A DNA stretch of 33,572 bases from NCBI GenBank assembly GCA_038143065.1, contig JAYQLI010000017.1, positions 1-33,572 of the forward strand, in the 5' to 3' direction. The position numbers were made by a program, and so were the translations under genes. Of this stretch, positions 21,713-31,912 are shown piece after piece. Each line of letters starts with the position of its first letter. Positions within the stretch are counted from its first letter, which is position 1. The DNA comes from Rhodospirillales bacterium (lineage in GTDB: Bacteria > Pseudomonadota > Alphaproteobacteria > Bin95). A model generated the notes under the pieces. That model saw only the letters and a list, made by a program, of their open reading frames with translations. It searched no databases and was not told where the DNA came from.

Positions 21713-23054
21713 CGTGATCATGCCCGCCTTGGGGATGGCACAAGAAACCGGTGTAATCCTATCTTGGTTGAAAAAACCAGGGGATCAGGTTTCGCTGGGT
21801 GATGCCTTGATGGAAGTGGAAACAGATAAAGCTGTTATGGAAGTTGAGTCATCTGCTGCGGGGGTTTTGAGCGATGTAAAAGCAGCTGCCGGAGAGAGTG
21901 TGCCGGTAGGGCAGGTGGTTGCGGTGATTTTGGATCCTGAAGAGGTGTTAAGCACGCAGATAAGCCCAACAGAGAAGCCCAGTGGGGTTGCCCCGCATGG
22001 TGCTACATCAACAGAGGCAATCCCTGCAAATATAGATGTGACATCGCAGATAGTTATGCCAGCCCTTGGTATGGCACAGGAAACCGGGCGTGTGATCGCC
22101 TGGCATAAACAGGTTGGTGAGGAAACGGATGTTGATGATATTCTGCTTGAAGTAGAAACGGATAAAGCCACTATGGAAGTGCCTGCGGGAAAAGCTGGCT
22201 TTGTAGCCAATTTATTCGTGGGCGCTGGTCAAGAGGTTCCGGTAGGTTCTGTTATTGCGACCCTTTCGAATGTTAAACCTTCGGGTATTGCCGCGCCTCA
22301 GCAGCCGCTTACAAAGCCCATTACAGTTCCAGCCGAGACACCGACCTCGGTTGCAATGTCATCTGTCTTAAAACCCCGCTTTATACAACCGGGAAGCCAA
22401 ACAACGGATGTAGTGGCAGGTTCAGGGAAAATTTTGGCCTCACCAAAAGCGCGGCGTTTGGCCTTAGAAAATGACTTAGATTTGAACCTTTTGGCAAAGG
22501 CTGGATATGCTCAGCCGTATCACGTTGCTGATCTTGAGCGCTTTGATGACTTGCCTCAACTAAAAACAGAAAAATCTGTCTTAGGAAATAATAAGCGCAT
22601 TAATGCGGCTATTCCCGTCATTGGTGTAGAAAGCTTTCTCGCAAAGTTAAGAGAGCAGGCAGATATTGAAATATCTGACTATTTGGTCTGGGCCAGTTTT
22701 GCGTCTGCTGCTTGGCGGAATCAAAATCAAACACATGCAGCGGTGATCGTTGAAGTCGCAGAGCTTTTAACGCCAATTGGAATTTATGAAAACTTAGACA
22801 CGCAGCGCCTTTCGCGTGCGGTGCAATGCAATACCCAAAATCCGCCCAATTTTATAATTCGAACCCTGAGTAAAAGTTTAATTACTGCTCTGCACTTGGA
22901 TCACAGCTGTCCCAGCATCACCGTCCAAAAAACAGCCACGGATTATCTGATATCATTTGAATTTTCTGCCAATGCTATGTCTGACTTCGCAGCTGTGGCG
23001 TTTATATCAGATTTTGCGGCGCGTTTAGAAAATCCGTTGAGACAGCTACTTTAA
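21702..23054 (+). CDS. E2-like protein: two lipoyl domains + E1/E3-binding domain + degenerate acyltransferase-like domain
   Basis: Two MPALG...VETDKA lipoyl domains, ASPKARRLA; C-terminus ends AFISDFAARLENP but lacks DHRxxDG. Confidence 0.8.
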   Translation: MPHDVIMPALGMAQETGVILSWLKKPGDQVSLGDALMEVETDKAVMEVESSAAGVLSDVKAAAGESVPVGQVVAVILDPEEVLSTQISPTEKPSGVAPHGATSTEAIPANIDVTSQIVMPALGMAQETGRVIAWHKQVGEETDVDDILLEVETDKATMEVPAGKAGFVANLFVGAGQEVPVGSVIATLSNVKPSGIAAPQQPLTKPITVPAETPTSVAMSSVLKPRFIQPGSQTTDVVAGSGKILASPKARRLALENDLDLNLLAKAGYAQPYHVADLERFDDLPQLKTEKSVLGNNKRINAAIPVIGVESFLAKLREQADIEISDYLVWASFASAAWRNQNQTHAAVIVEVAELLTPIGIYENLDTQRLSRAVQCNTQNPPNFIIRTLSKSLITALHLDHSCPSITVQKTATDYLISFEFSANAMSDFAAVAFISDFAARLENPLRQLL

Positions 23055-23073
23055 GGGAATGGAGACTATCGTC

Positions 23074-24500
23074 ATGCAAACTAACCTTTATATTGATGGG
23101 AATTGGGTGCCAAGCCAGTCCGCCCAGCGCTTTGATGTGGTGAACCCTGCAACAGAGGATGTGATTGCATCGGTTGCCTCTGCGGATATTTTTGATGCCG
23201 ATTTGGCATTAAATGCGGCTTCCATCGCCATGCAAGAATGGGCTGCACGATCGCCTCGGGATCGTTCGGAAGTTTTGCGCAAAGCTTGGGAATTAATGAC
23301 GGCGCGATTGCCAGAATTTGCACGTTTAATCACGCTAGAAAATGGCAAAGCAAATGCCGATGCGATGGGAGAAGCCACCTATGCTGCCGAGTTTTTTCGC
23401 TGGTTTGCCGAAGAGGCGGTGCGCGTAGACGGTCTGATTGCGCATGCGCCCGCTTCAGGGGCACGGATCATTGTTCAGCATAAGCCAGCCGGGATTGCGG
23501 TTTTGGTGACCCCTTGGAATTACCCTGCGGCTATGGGAACGCGTAAAATTGCACCTGCTTTGGCGGCCGGTTGTGCGGTCATTATAAAGCCAGCATCGGA
23601 AACGCCTTTAACAATGCTGGCGCTTATGCCGCTTCTAGAAGAAGCTGGGGTGCCCAAAGGGGTGGTCAACGTTCTTCCATCCCGCAACACCGGCGTGCTG
23701 GTTGATCATATGTTACATGATCCGCGCGTGCGGGTAGTCAGTTTTACAGGGTCGACTGAAGTGGGGCGTAAGTTGCTTCATTCTGCGGCTGACCAAGTCT
23801 TGAAACCGGCTATGGAATTGGGGGGGAATGCTCCTGCGATTGTTTTTGAGGATGCTAATCTTGATGTGGCGGTGGAAGGCGTGATGCTGGCAAAAATGCG
23901 CAATTTGGGCGAGGCCTGTACCGCGGCAAATCGAATTTATGTGCATTCAAGTATTGCGCCAGCCTTTACCGAAAAGTTCACATCTGCCATGGCGGAGTTG
24001 AAAATCGGCAATGGTTTAGAGGCAGGCATAGATGTAGGCCCTCTGGTCAATGCAGATACCCGCAATAAGGTGGATGCATTCGTGCAGGACGCGGTTGCAA
24101 AAGGCGCCAAAGTGGAACTTGGGGGCGTGTTACCTTCGGGAAAAGGGTTTTTTACCCGCCCACAGTATTGTCAGGCGTTCCAGAAACTGCAGATTGTGTG
24201 GGGGATGAAATTTTTGGACCTGTTGCAGCGCTTCAAACTTTCAACGATCAAGAAGATGTAATTCGCCGCGCCAATGATACCGAATATGGACTGGTGGCCT
24301 ATGTATTCTCGGAAGATATGAAGCGCGCTTTGCAAGTTTGTGAACGGCTGGATTATGGAATGGTCGGCTTGAACCGCGGGTTGGTCTCTGACCCAGCGGC
24401 GCCTTTTGGCGGCACAAAACAATCTGGCCTCGGCCGCGAGGGAGGGCATGAGGGCATGCATGAGTTTATGGAAACCCAGTATATCTCAGCCAGTTGGTAG
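23074..24500 (+). CDS. NAD(P)-dependent aldehyde dehydrogenase, SSADH/GabD-like (frameshift ~24150)
   Basis: TPWNYP, KPASETP, FTGST, MELGGNAP, GEAC, EIFGPV, PFGGTKQSGLGREG. Confidence 0.9.
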
Positions 24501-24509
24501 GATAATTTA

Positions 24510-25415
24510 ATGGAGGTTCAGGCATCACCAAGCGTGCGGGCTTATGCGGCTGAAAAAAATGTGACTTTGGGTGACGTAGCAACCTCGCTTAAACGGAGCG
24601 TGCTGGGTAAAGAGGATATTGACCGCTTTTGCGCAACTCCAAACACAAATTTAGGCACCAGTGTTGCGCCAGCCGTGGAAAATTCAGCAAAATATTGGGC
24701 GATTGACCACGCTCAATTCGGACCCATTAGCCTAGAACCCTTGACCCGCATTGAGCAGGTCGCAGAAGCGAATCTTTCAGCTGCAAATGCGATGATTCCT
24801 CAAGTGACGCACCATGATTATGTCGAGATCAGTGCCATTGAAGCATTTCGCGAAAGAGTGAAATCTGAAGCTCAACAGCGCGGTGTTAAATTAACCGCAC
24901 TGGCCTTTCATCTTAGGGCGCTCGCCGAATGTTTGCTCAAATTCCCGCGCTTCAATGCATCTATCTCCGCGGATAAAAAACATCTTATATTGAAGCAATA
25001 TGTGCATATCGCACTTGCGGTTGATACACCCCATGGATTGGTTGTTCCTGTTCTGAGACATGTGAATGAAAAAGGGTTATGGGACATCTCGAATGAAGTC
25101 TCAGATTTAGTGGAGAAAGCACAGTCGCGCAAATTGCGACCTGAGGAATTGGCAGGCGGCTCGGTCACAATCTCCAATCTTGGGCGGCTAGGCGGGACGG
25201 CTTTCACTCCTATTGTAAACCCGCCTCAAGTGGCAATTCTTGGGCTATCGCGTAGCGAATTTAGACCGTATTGGGATGGTTCTACTTGGCAGGCTATTCC
25301 GACAATTCCGTTGGATTTAAGCTATGATCATCGCATAATAAATGGAGCTGATGCTGCAAGGTTTATGAATGCGTATCGTAAATTTATAAGTATGCCAGAA
25401 CTTATGTTTTCATAA
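24510..25415 (+). CDS. 2-oxoacid dehydrogenase acyltransferase catalytic protein lacking lipoyl domains
   Basis: ASPSVRAYA, FPRFNAS, AVDTPHGLVVPV, TISNLG, FTPIVNPPQVAILG, DLSYDHRIINGADAARF. Confidence 0.88.
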   Translation: MEVQASPSVRAYAAEKNVTLGDVATSLKRSVLGKEDIDRFCATPNTNLGTSVAPAVENSAKYWAIDHAQFGPISLEPLTRIEQVAEANLSAANAMIPQVTHHDYVEISAIEAFRERVKSEAQQRGVKLTALAFHLRALAECLLKFPRFNASISADKKHLILKQYVHIALAVDTPHGLVVPVLRHVNEKGLWDISNEVSDLVEKAQSRKLRPEELAGGSVTISNLGRLGGTAFTPIVNPPQVAILGLSRSEFRPYWDGSTWQAIPTIPLDLSYDHRIINGADAARFMNAYRKFISMPELMFS

Positions 25416-25764
25416 CAGCTATAAGCTAAACCTCCTCAAGATATTCCTGCCCGCCTTCCTTTTCTGTCACGAGTTTGAAATCTTCTTTTGGGCAGTCTGC
25501 CTTTTTTAAAATCAGTTGCTAAAAAATCGCTGTAGTAACGCGCTAGGCGCTCGGTAAAGTGGAAACTTTCATCGATATCATCCGAGGCCAAATTTATCGC
25601 ATCTGTTTCATTCATTGTGTAGCCATATCTATTCGTACTTTAAAAAGTCGTGGATATTGACTTTAGTGTAAAGGAATTTTTTGATACTTCGTATCACAAA
25701 TTTCTGTACGTGCTTAATCTTGAGAGACAGCGCCCACTTATGATTTTTGATTTTTTGATCTAAG

Positions 25765-25971
25765 TGCGCATGATGCGCATGACTTTTTCCAATAAACTTA
25801 TTTTCTTTCGCAATATTGCGCACGGATCACCATACCAAGCATTAGGCTTCAAATAAATATGAAAAATCATATACTTAAATATAACTTAAAAGTGGCCAAG
25901 AAAACTGATGCGCACATGCGCAAATTTTCTAATGTCAAAAATCAAAGGTTATATCGTCGTCATGCGCATCA
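25765..25971. repeat. TGCGCA iteron cluster around AT-rich core, candidate replication origin
   Basis: TGCGCA at 25765, 25774, 25817, 25909, 25917, 25963, at the 3' end of the VapE gene. Confidence 0.55.
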
Positions 25972-27470
25972 GTTATACGCACAAAACGCACCTGATCGCG
26001 TCGGTTGCCAGAGTTGAACTTCCCAGTTTTTTCAAAGCCCGCCATGACGAGGCAGTTTGACATTCGCCGCAAATCTCTTGGGGTGATTTTTTGAGGATCC
26101 AAAAGATCACCATCCACCCCAATCGATGGGAAGCATTTGGCAAATGCCTCTTTAATAGAAACCTCAGTCATGCCAGATAGATGCTGCCGAATTAACTCGA
26201 CCCAGATATCGCTTTCTTGTCGCAGCTCTGTCTGTTGCGCTGCATACAGAACATGTTGATCTGTGAGCCACCATTTTGGCTCTCGTTGATATTCCGCATA
26301 TGCCGCTGCCCAAATTGCATCGCGATCCCGTTTTAAACCAGCTACGTCAATCTTGGTTGTTTTAACTGGCAGAAATCGCCTGTTTCCAGTTTCGTCCAAA
26401 GCCCAGTCATCGCGGTTTGTGGTTGCAATGAAAACGCAGCGGCGGGGGTATATAATTTCATTGCGCTTATACGCAGGCCTATATTTCTCTTCTTGTCTGC
26501 TGATGAATGCTTTTTGCTGTTCGATTTTGGCTTTTTCCCTGGAAGGCCATTTCGGCAAGCTCTATGCACCATGCACCCACAATATAATCAGAGGCGTCTT
26601 TTGAGCCCATTGGGGCATACTGTCCTTGAACCAATCTAATCCGAATAATGCCCGCAATCCTGAGCTTTTGCCTATGCCCTGTTTGCCTTCCAAAACAATA
26701 ACTGTGTCCGCTTTGCAGCCAGCATTTACCGCACGCGCAACAGCTTGTTTTAGAAAGAGCGATGAAGCCACACGAATGAAGTCCTGATGCTCGTCATTCT
26801 CCGGCACGACACCAAAATAAGTTTCAAAGACGGTGGCTATATCAAGTTCACTTTCATCAAGCCCTTCTAGGTAATGTCGAACAGGGCTAATAGTTTGCTC
26901 GTCGCAAGCTGCATTTACCGCATCAATTACAACTTGCTTATTCACATTGCCCCAATTGCGTTGGATCCACATTTGAACTTTTGTGTAGTCATTGTCACCA
27001 ATAGGCCGTGGTTTAAAGTGAGCTGGGTTCCCAGTATCATATGGCGGCTTGGAAATGATCATTTCGCGGTTAGCAAGCTCATCAAACGCAAAGATTGACG
27101 ACCAGCGCTCATCTTCGGTTAACATTGCATAAACGTTTGCGGTATTTCGTACTGCGTCATCGCCAAACTTGGCACGCGCTCCATCGATCATAGGCTGCAC
27201 CTGCTTGCGTGTTTGCTCGATGTTGTATCCGTCAGTGGTCAAGCCATCCGTTACAGCGTGAATAGCTTCGTCCGTTTTTCCTTCAGCCACCAGACCTTTG
27301 GTGAGCCGCAAGAGACTGCTGTTCCATTGGCCTTCGTTTTGGCTTTTTGCGGCTAAGTCTTGGGCTGTTAAAATCGTCGATTGGCGAGCTGCAGATTTGG
27401 CCTGCGGTGCTGACTTTCTTTCGAACTTGGGCTGGAGCCTTGCAAACATTTGGTCGGGGTTATTCGACAT
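25935..27470 (-). CDS. VapE/VirE-family P-loop helicase with PriCT-like N-terminus (frameshift ~26610)
   Basis: FDEL, SPVRHYL, KADTVIVLEGKQGIGKSS Walker A, RRCVFIATTN, DETGNRRFLPV. Confidence 0.85.
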
Positions 27471-28078
27471 ATTTACCTCCCATCAGCAATTTGGTCACTT
27501 CAGCTCGGTAGTGACGTTTGAGTTTGCTTGCTGACGGATAAGCGACGCTCCCCGCAATGCGCATTAATCTGCTTGGGTTATAGATTGCATTGTCAGTGCC
27601 AAATTCTTTTATAAGACACTTCTGCAGCTCGCTCCAACGCTGCATATCGGTCATCGGTTCATCAAACCGGAAATAAATGTGATTTCTCAGAAACGGCTTT
27701 GTGCCGGTTACAACTTCCATCTCAGGGATGAACAATTTTGCTTTCTCGAACGCGATCCGCTGCCCCTTTTTCATCGGCATCAACATAGGCGAAAGAAGGC
27801 GCGTTTGATGTCTGCGTCTTTCGCACTTACTGAGTTTGCCTTAAAACCGGATGAACAACTGCATAGGCAATCAGCCCACGATTGTTCATTTCCACAATGC
27901 AGTGGGTGGCCTCACAGATTTGAGAAGTTTCAAAGCGGTAATTTTCAGGCTTTCGCTTTTCGGCAAGAAAACGAAGCTCAACCACTTCACGCTCATCCCA
28001 ATCTTGCATCAGTTTATGCAAATATCCCGCAATGGTTTTCGGGTTGGCGGATAGTTTCTTTTCAAATGTCTCAGACAT
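27460..28078 (-). CDS. RepB-like DNA primase (AEP fold), frameshifted
   Basis: VELRFL, YVDAD in an alternate frame near 27775, NHIYF, NPSRLMRIAGS. Confidence 0.65.
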
Positions 28079-28180
28079 CGCAAAACTCCATTTTGGAAAT
28101 TTGCCATGAGCCTAGAACTGCGTTATAAACCAATTGCTTAACGGATTGGCCTGCTCGCGTTCCACACTCGGCAGGCTTTT

Positions 28181-28460
28181 CTATTTTTTAACTAACTGGC
28201 TGGCGTAATCGGGTAGGGCTTCCAACATCTCCGAAGCGCCGCTTTTGAGCGGTCCTACGCTCCCACAGGCGCGAAGTAGCCCATCTCGATTGGTGTGATA
28301 GCTCACGCCTCTCCACGGCCCTCCGTGGGACGCTTCTTTGCGCTGCAGGATCCATTGAATACCATCTCTGCAGACTATCACCCGCCAGCGTAGCGCCAAC
28401 TGTGCGACTACGCCTTTGTAGCATCATCGCGTTCTCTGTGCGTCTGGGGCGCTGTGACAT
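28181..28460 (-). CDS. Hypothetical protein of the mobile module (probably frameshifted)
   Basis: WRVIVCRDGIQWILQRK segment; co-oriented between xis-like gene and primase. Confidence 0.5.
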
Positions 28461-28505
28461 CTACCCCCCGTAAACCGTTTGGGGGGGCGTTTTTGACCAG
28501 CTTAG

Positions 28506-28751
28506 TCATGTCACCAATCCCCCCTGTTTATAAGAAACCGCACCGTCCAACTTTTGCTCTGCAAATGCCAACGCCTCAGCCACTTCGTAAACAGCAGCTC
28601 TATTCGGGCGGCGTACCGTAAGCGGCCAAGTTTGTAGCGTCCGGTGGCTTATCGGAAAGAAGTTATGCGTAATAATCGCTGCCAGCGTTTTGCGATCAGC
28701 GAAGCGCGGAAGCGGTTGCTCTGGCTCCCAGTTTGTAGTTTTGAATGTCAT
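28506..28751 (-). CDS. Small DNA-binding excisionase-like protein
   Basis: RKTLAAII...FPISHRTLQTW...RAAVY pattern of MerR/Xis-type wHTH; location near integrase. Confidence 0.6.
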   Translation of the reverse strand: MTFKTTNWEPEQPLPRFADRKTLAAIITHNFFPISHRTLQTWPLTVRRPNRAAVYEVAEALAFAEQKLDGAVSYKQGGLVT

Positions 28752-28836
28752 CTAGTGCCTCTAAGTTGCTTAATGATGCCTTTATAAGCAATTCGGCATG
28801 GGTCACTTTTATGGTGCCTAAAAATCAAGTTTTCCG

Positions 28837-29298
28837 TTATAATGAACGTTCAAAGCGCCGATATTCTTGCCATAGATTATCAACCTGTTTGGCAGACAGG
28901 GAATATTTTTCGGCAATTTCTGAAATGATTCTTAACCGCGATCCGCGTGGTGGTTTTGTGGGTATTTTTAGCAACCGGCTTGCGGGTGAAATGTTTGCGC
29001 TCACAGCTCGGAACGCTTTCAGTTCATCTTCAATATCGGAGATATGTTGGTCGCCAGCTTCACTTTTAAGCCAATTGCTTCTTGAGGAAATCGGAACCAT
29101 ATTTACACTGCGCCACAGCTCACTGAGATCACTATCTGTTCTAAAGTGTTCGTCAATTGCCTTTTTTTTGGCCACCTCTTCTTCTTGCCTAAAAGACTTT
29201 CGCAGTCTTGCCCGACGCGTAATTAAAAAGTGGATCCCCCATTTCGGTTTACGGCCCGCCCCCTTTCTTTTTCCACCATGTTTATTGCTATTAGACAT
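28837..29298 (-). CDS. Hypothetical basic protein with GGKRKGAGRKP motif
   Basis: Translationally coupled to integrase stop (TGATG); possible C-terminal HTH (IAEKYSLSAKQVDNLW). Confidence 0.55.
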   Translation of the reverse strand: MSNSNKHGGKRKGAGRKPKWGIHFLITRRARLRKSFRQEEEVAKKKAIDEHFRTDSDLSELWRSVNMVPISSRSNWLKSEAGDQHISDIEDELKAFRAVSANISPASRLLKIPTKPPRGSRLRIISEIAEKYSLSAKQVDNLWQEYRRFERSL

Positions 29299-30560
29299 CA
29301 ACTCTGGTCGCCAGACGCGTCAGCTGAAGGTTTAATGACCTCATGTTCTAAAAAGTCGCTCCACCACTCCATAATCTCGCGCCGTTGTTTCACGTTTTTT
29401 GCATGCTGGTAAGCGCGCATTACACCAGTTCTCGTTGAAGAGCGCTTGTGGTTAAGCAGGCTGTCTACGAGGCTCTCGGAGAAAGGCGAATTCTCTGATA
29501 GCAAAGAACTGAATGTTCGACGAAAGCTATGTAAATTAAAATGGCCTACTGTTGTTTTAGTGCGTACGGATTTATTAAAAATGGGACCAAGATTTCATTG
29601 GCTCAGTATCAATTGTCGATAAAGGAAATAATTTCTTTTTTAACGATATGTTTTCGACATTTATTAAACGTAAGCAGCTGTCAGTGATTGGCATTATAAA
29701 ATATTGCTTATTCTTAGTCTCCTGAGAAGATAATCGTAATTCGTTGGCTGATAGAAAAATATGCTTTCCAGTTAGGTTGGCGGCTTCAGTTGCTCGTAAA
29801 GGCACAAGCATCATAAATCTGATGAACGTCAGATAGTCTTGCCGAAGTGCTGATGCAAGGAGACCAAGTAGCTTCAGCTCTTCGACAGTGAAAACAGTTT
29901 CTCTTGGCGGTGCCATTTTTGGCTTTTGCCATCTGGGAACATTTTTGGCTGGATTTACAATCAATACACCTTCTGAAACTAAGAAATCGATGAACCGGCT
30001 TAGCGAGCCAAAACGCTGCCGTCCCGTTGCGGGCCTATTTTTGTGCATTACTGAAATATTGCGTAGCAACGTGACTGTAAGGTCAGACGCCGAAAGCTCT
30101 GAAACACCTAGCTCTTCCAAGGCCAATTTAGCATGCGTATATTCTGTGGCTTTGTACTTGGTTTCATTTTCAGAACCTGCTCTTGATATTCCTGCAACCA
30201 AAGCCTCAAAGGGCGATCTCTATACTCTTGCTCCTACCCTTTCGTTTCTCCCGTTGCAATACGCTTCGCAGGATCACCGCCGTCTCTAACTTCAGACTTC
30301 ACTTCTTCCAATTTAAGGCGTGCAGCATTTGGCGACAATGCATTCAAATCGCCCAATTTCAATGTACGTTGAGGGTATCTATTTCCGTTAAAATCAACTC
30401 CACGACGTCTATAATTAACGTTCCACGATGCGCTGGCATTATTAATCGCCAGTCTCAAACCAGTTGGATCGACTAGCGTGATCTTTTTGCGCTGGCTCCG
30501 CTGTAACTTAATCGCTTTATCTATTTTTCGGAGATCTATGTGGCATTTAATCGTAGACAT
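29298..30560 (-). CDS. Tyrosine integrase with N-terminal arm-binding domain (frameshifted)
   Basis: GLRL...SW..YR...LKLG arm domain; catalytic R (PLRATE), K (TKN), HSFRR, LLNH, RAYQH across ORFs 30234..30560, 29575..30201, 29298..29504. Confidence 0.88.
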
Positions 30561-30570
30561 CGCACCTCAA

Positions 30571-30609
30571 TTCAGCCAGAAATTCAGCCAGACATTCAGC
30601 CAGACAAAT
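30571..30609 (+). repeat. Three tandem TTCAGCCAGA(A/C)A repeats; right end of element
   Basis: 12-bp period repeats between integrase start and tRNA. Confidence 0.85.
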
Positions 30610-30682
30610 AACCGTTGATAACTGCAAGATAACGTAACTTATCGATAAATAATATAATAAATTTAATTATATAGAACGCAGT

Positions 30683-30757
30683 TCCGGCGTAGCTCAGCGG
30701 TAGAGCAGTTGACTGTTAATCAATTGGTCGTAGGTTCGATCCCTACCGCCGGAGCCA
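30683..30757 (+). tRNA. tRNA-Asn (GTT)
   Basis: TCCGGCG/CGCCGGA acceptor stem, TAGCTCAGCGGTAGAGC D arm, TTGAC-TGTTAAT-CAA anticodon region, GGTTCGATCCC T arm, encoded CCA. Confidence 0.97.
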
Positions 30758-31179
30758 AATTCCAAAATAAAATCAATGACGTACATTAATCATGTTAGCA
30801 TGTGCGTGTGTAACTAAAAGTTATAAAAAGTTGTAAACAAATCTAGCATCTCTTTGGGGGTATGGTCGTTATTGTTTATATATGCTCGAAGTGAAAATAT
30901 GATCGTATTTGAATTTCTAAAAAACTCTGATGATTGAGTTAACGAACAGTGACTTGATTAACAAGATGATCCCACTGGACACCAATCACGTGGAGATTAA
31001 CATCTCCATCAAAGATGATATTCATCAGTGTTCCATTGCATCAAAATAATTTATTACATAAGGTTTTTTGTAAACATAAAGTAAGGATTTCAGAAATTGG
31101 CTTTAATTTATAAATTGATCAGAAAGATTAAAGCTGTGAATATTAAAAGGATTGAACGCTTATAGATCTCCAAAAAACC

Positions 31180-31912
31180 GATGCCAACTCGGTGATGGCT
31201 TTATCTATCGAGGGCCTTGCTAAGCTCTACCTTTGATACTTGGGAGCAGAATGAAAGAACTTTCCTAAGGAAATATTCGAAAGATACGATATTTTTTAAA
31301 TGTTGGAGCTCATCACGGCTATTATTGTTGCATGGCAAGAAAGGCGGGGTTGGAAGTAATAGCCATTGAACCTTTAATCGCAAATTTCAAAATGTTATTG
31401 AACAACCTACTTTTAAATGATCTACATTCAGAGTGCACTTTGATCAACGCAGCAGCGGGTCAGAGACCCCCATGTTAGTTTTATAGCGGCATACTTCTCA
31501 ACGGCATCAATGCTGAATTCCCACCAGCACGACAAACTTTTAACGCAAGCCGTTCCAATAATAACCATTGACACTCTAGCCGCTGATCCAAAGCACGATT
31601 TATTAATTTTAATGGATGTAGAAGGTTTTGAATATGAAGCATTATTGGGCGCCTCAAATCTTTTGAAACGCTCAAGTAGAGTGGATTGGATAATAGAAGT
31701 GTTTCCGTTTATCTCCAACAAAAATACCAAAACTCAAGAAAATAAAAACTTTTTTAAGCTTTTTGAAATAATGTTTGATAACGGTTATCAAGCTTGGCTG
31801 ATATCAGATAAATTGACTATAATCACAAGAGAGACAATAGAACTGGAAGCAAAAAAAATTACCTTGACCGAATGCATGGAAATTTTTCTTCTCTCGCAGA
31901 GAATTACTTATA
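31180..31912 (+). pseudogene. FkbM-family SAM methyltransferase (disrupted; boundaries approximate)
   Basis: NVGAHHGYY and VIAIEP near 31300..31375; ITIDT and MDVEGFEYEALLGA in ORF 31510..32064. Confidence 0.75.

Larger units (their letters stand above)
38..30609. mobile_element. Integrative genomic island adjacent to tRNA-Asn with satellite-like replication module and catabolic cargo
   Basis: Integrase, xis-like, primase and VapE at right end; matching terminal repeats at both ends; tRNA-Asn next to integrase. Confidence 0.7.

Noticed and set aside
28149-28180. GCCTGC...GCAGGC hairpin as an ncRNA
   Set aside because: Short stem with T-tract; cannot be distinguished from a terminator without covariance analysis
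28745-29335. 196-aa plus-strand ORF and other long antisense ORFs
   Set aside because: Shadow frames of better-supported opposite-strand genes with no motifs
429-30560. Numerous frameshifts as programmed recoding or mass pseudogenisation
   Set aside because: Breaks are scattered single-base indels, often at short homopolymers, with motifs intact on both sides; most consistent with long-read error
30571-30606. Tandem repeats as a CRISPR array
   Set aside because: 12-bp units without spacers and no cas genes
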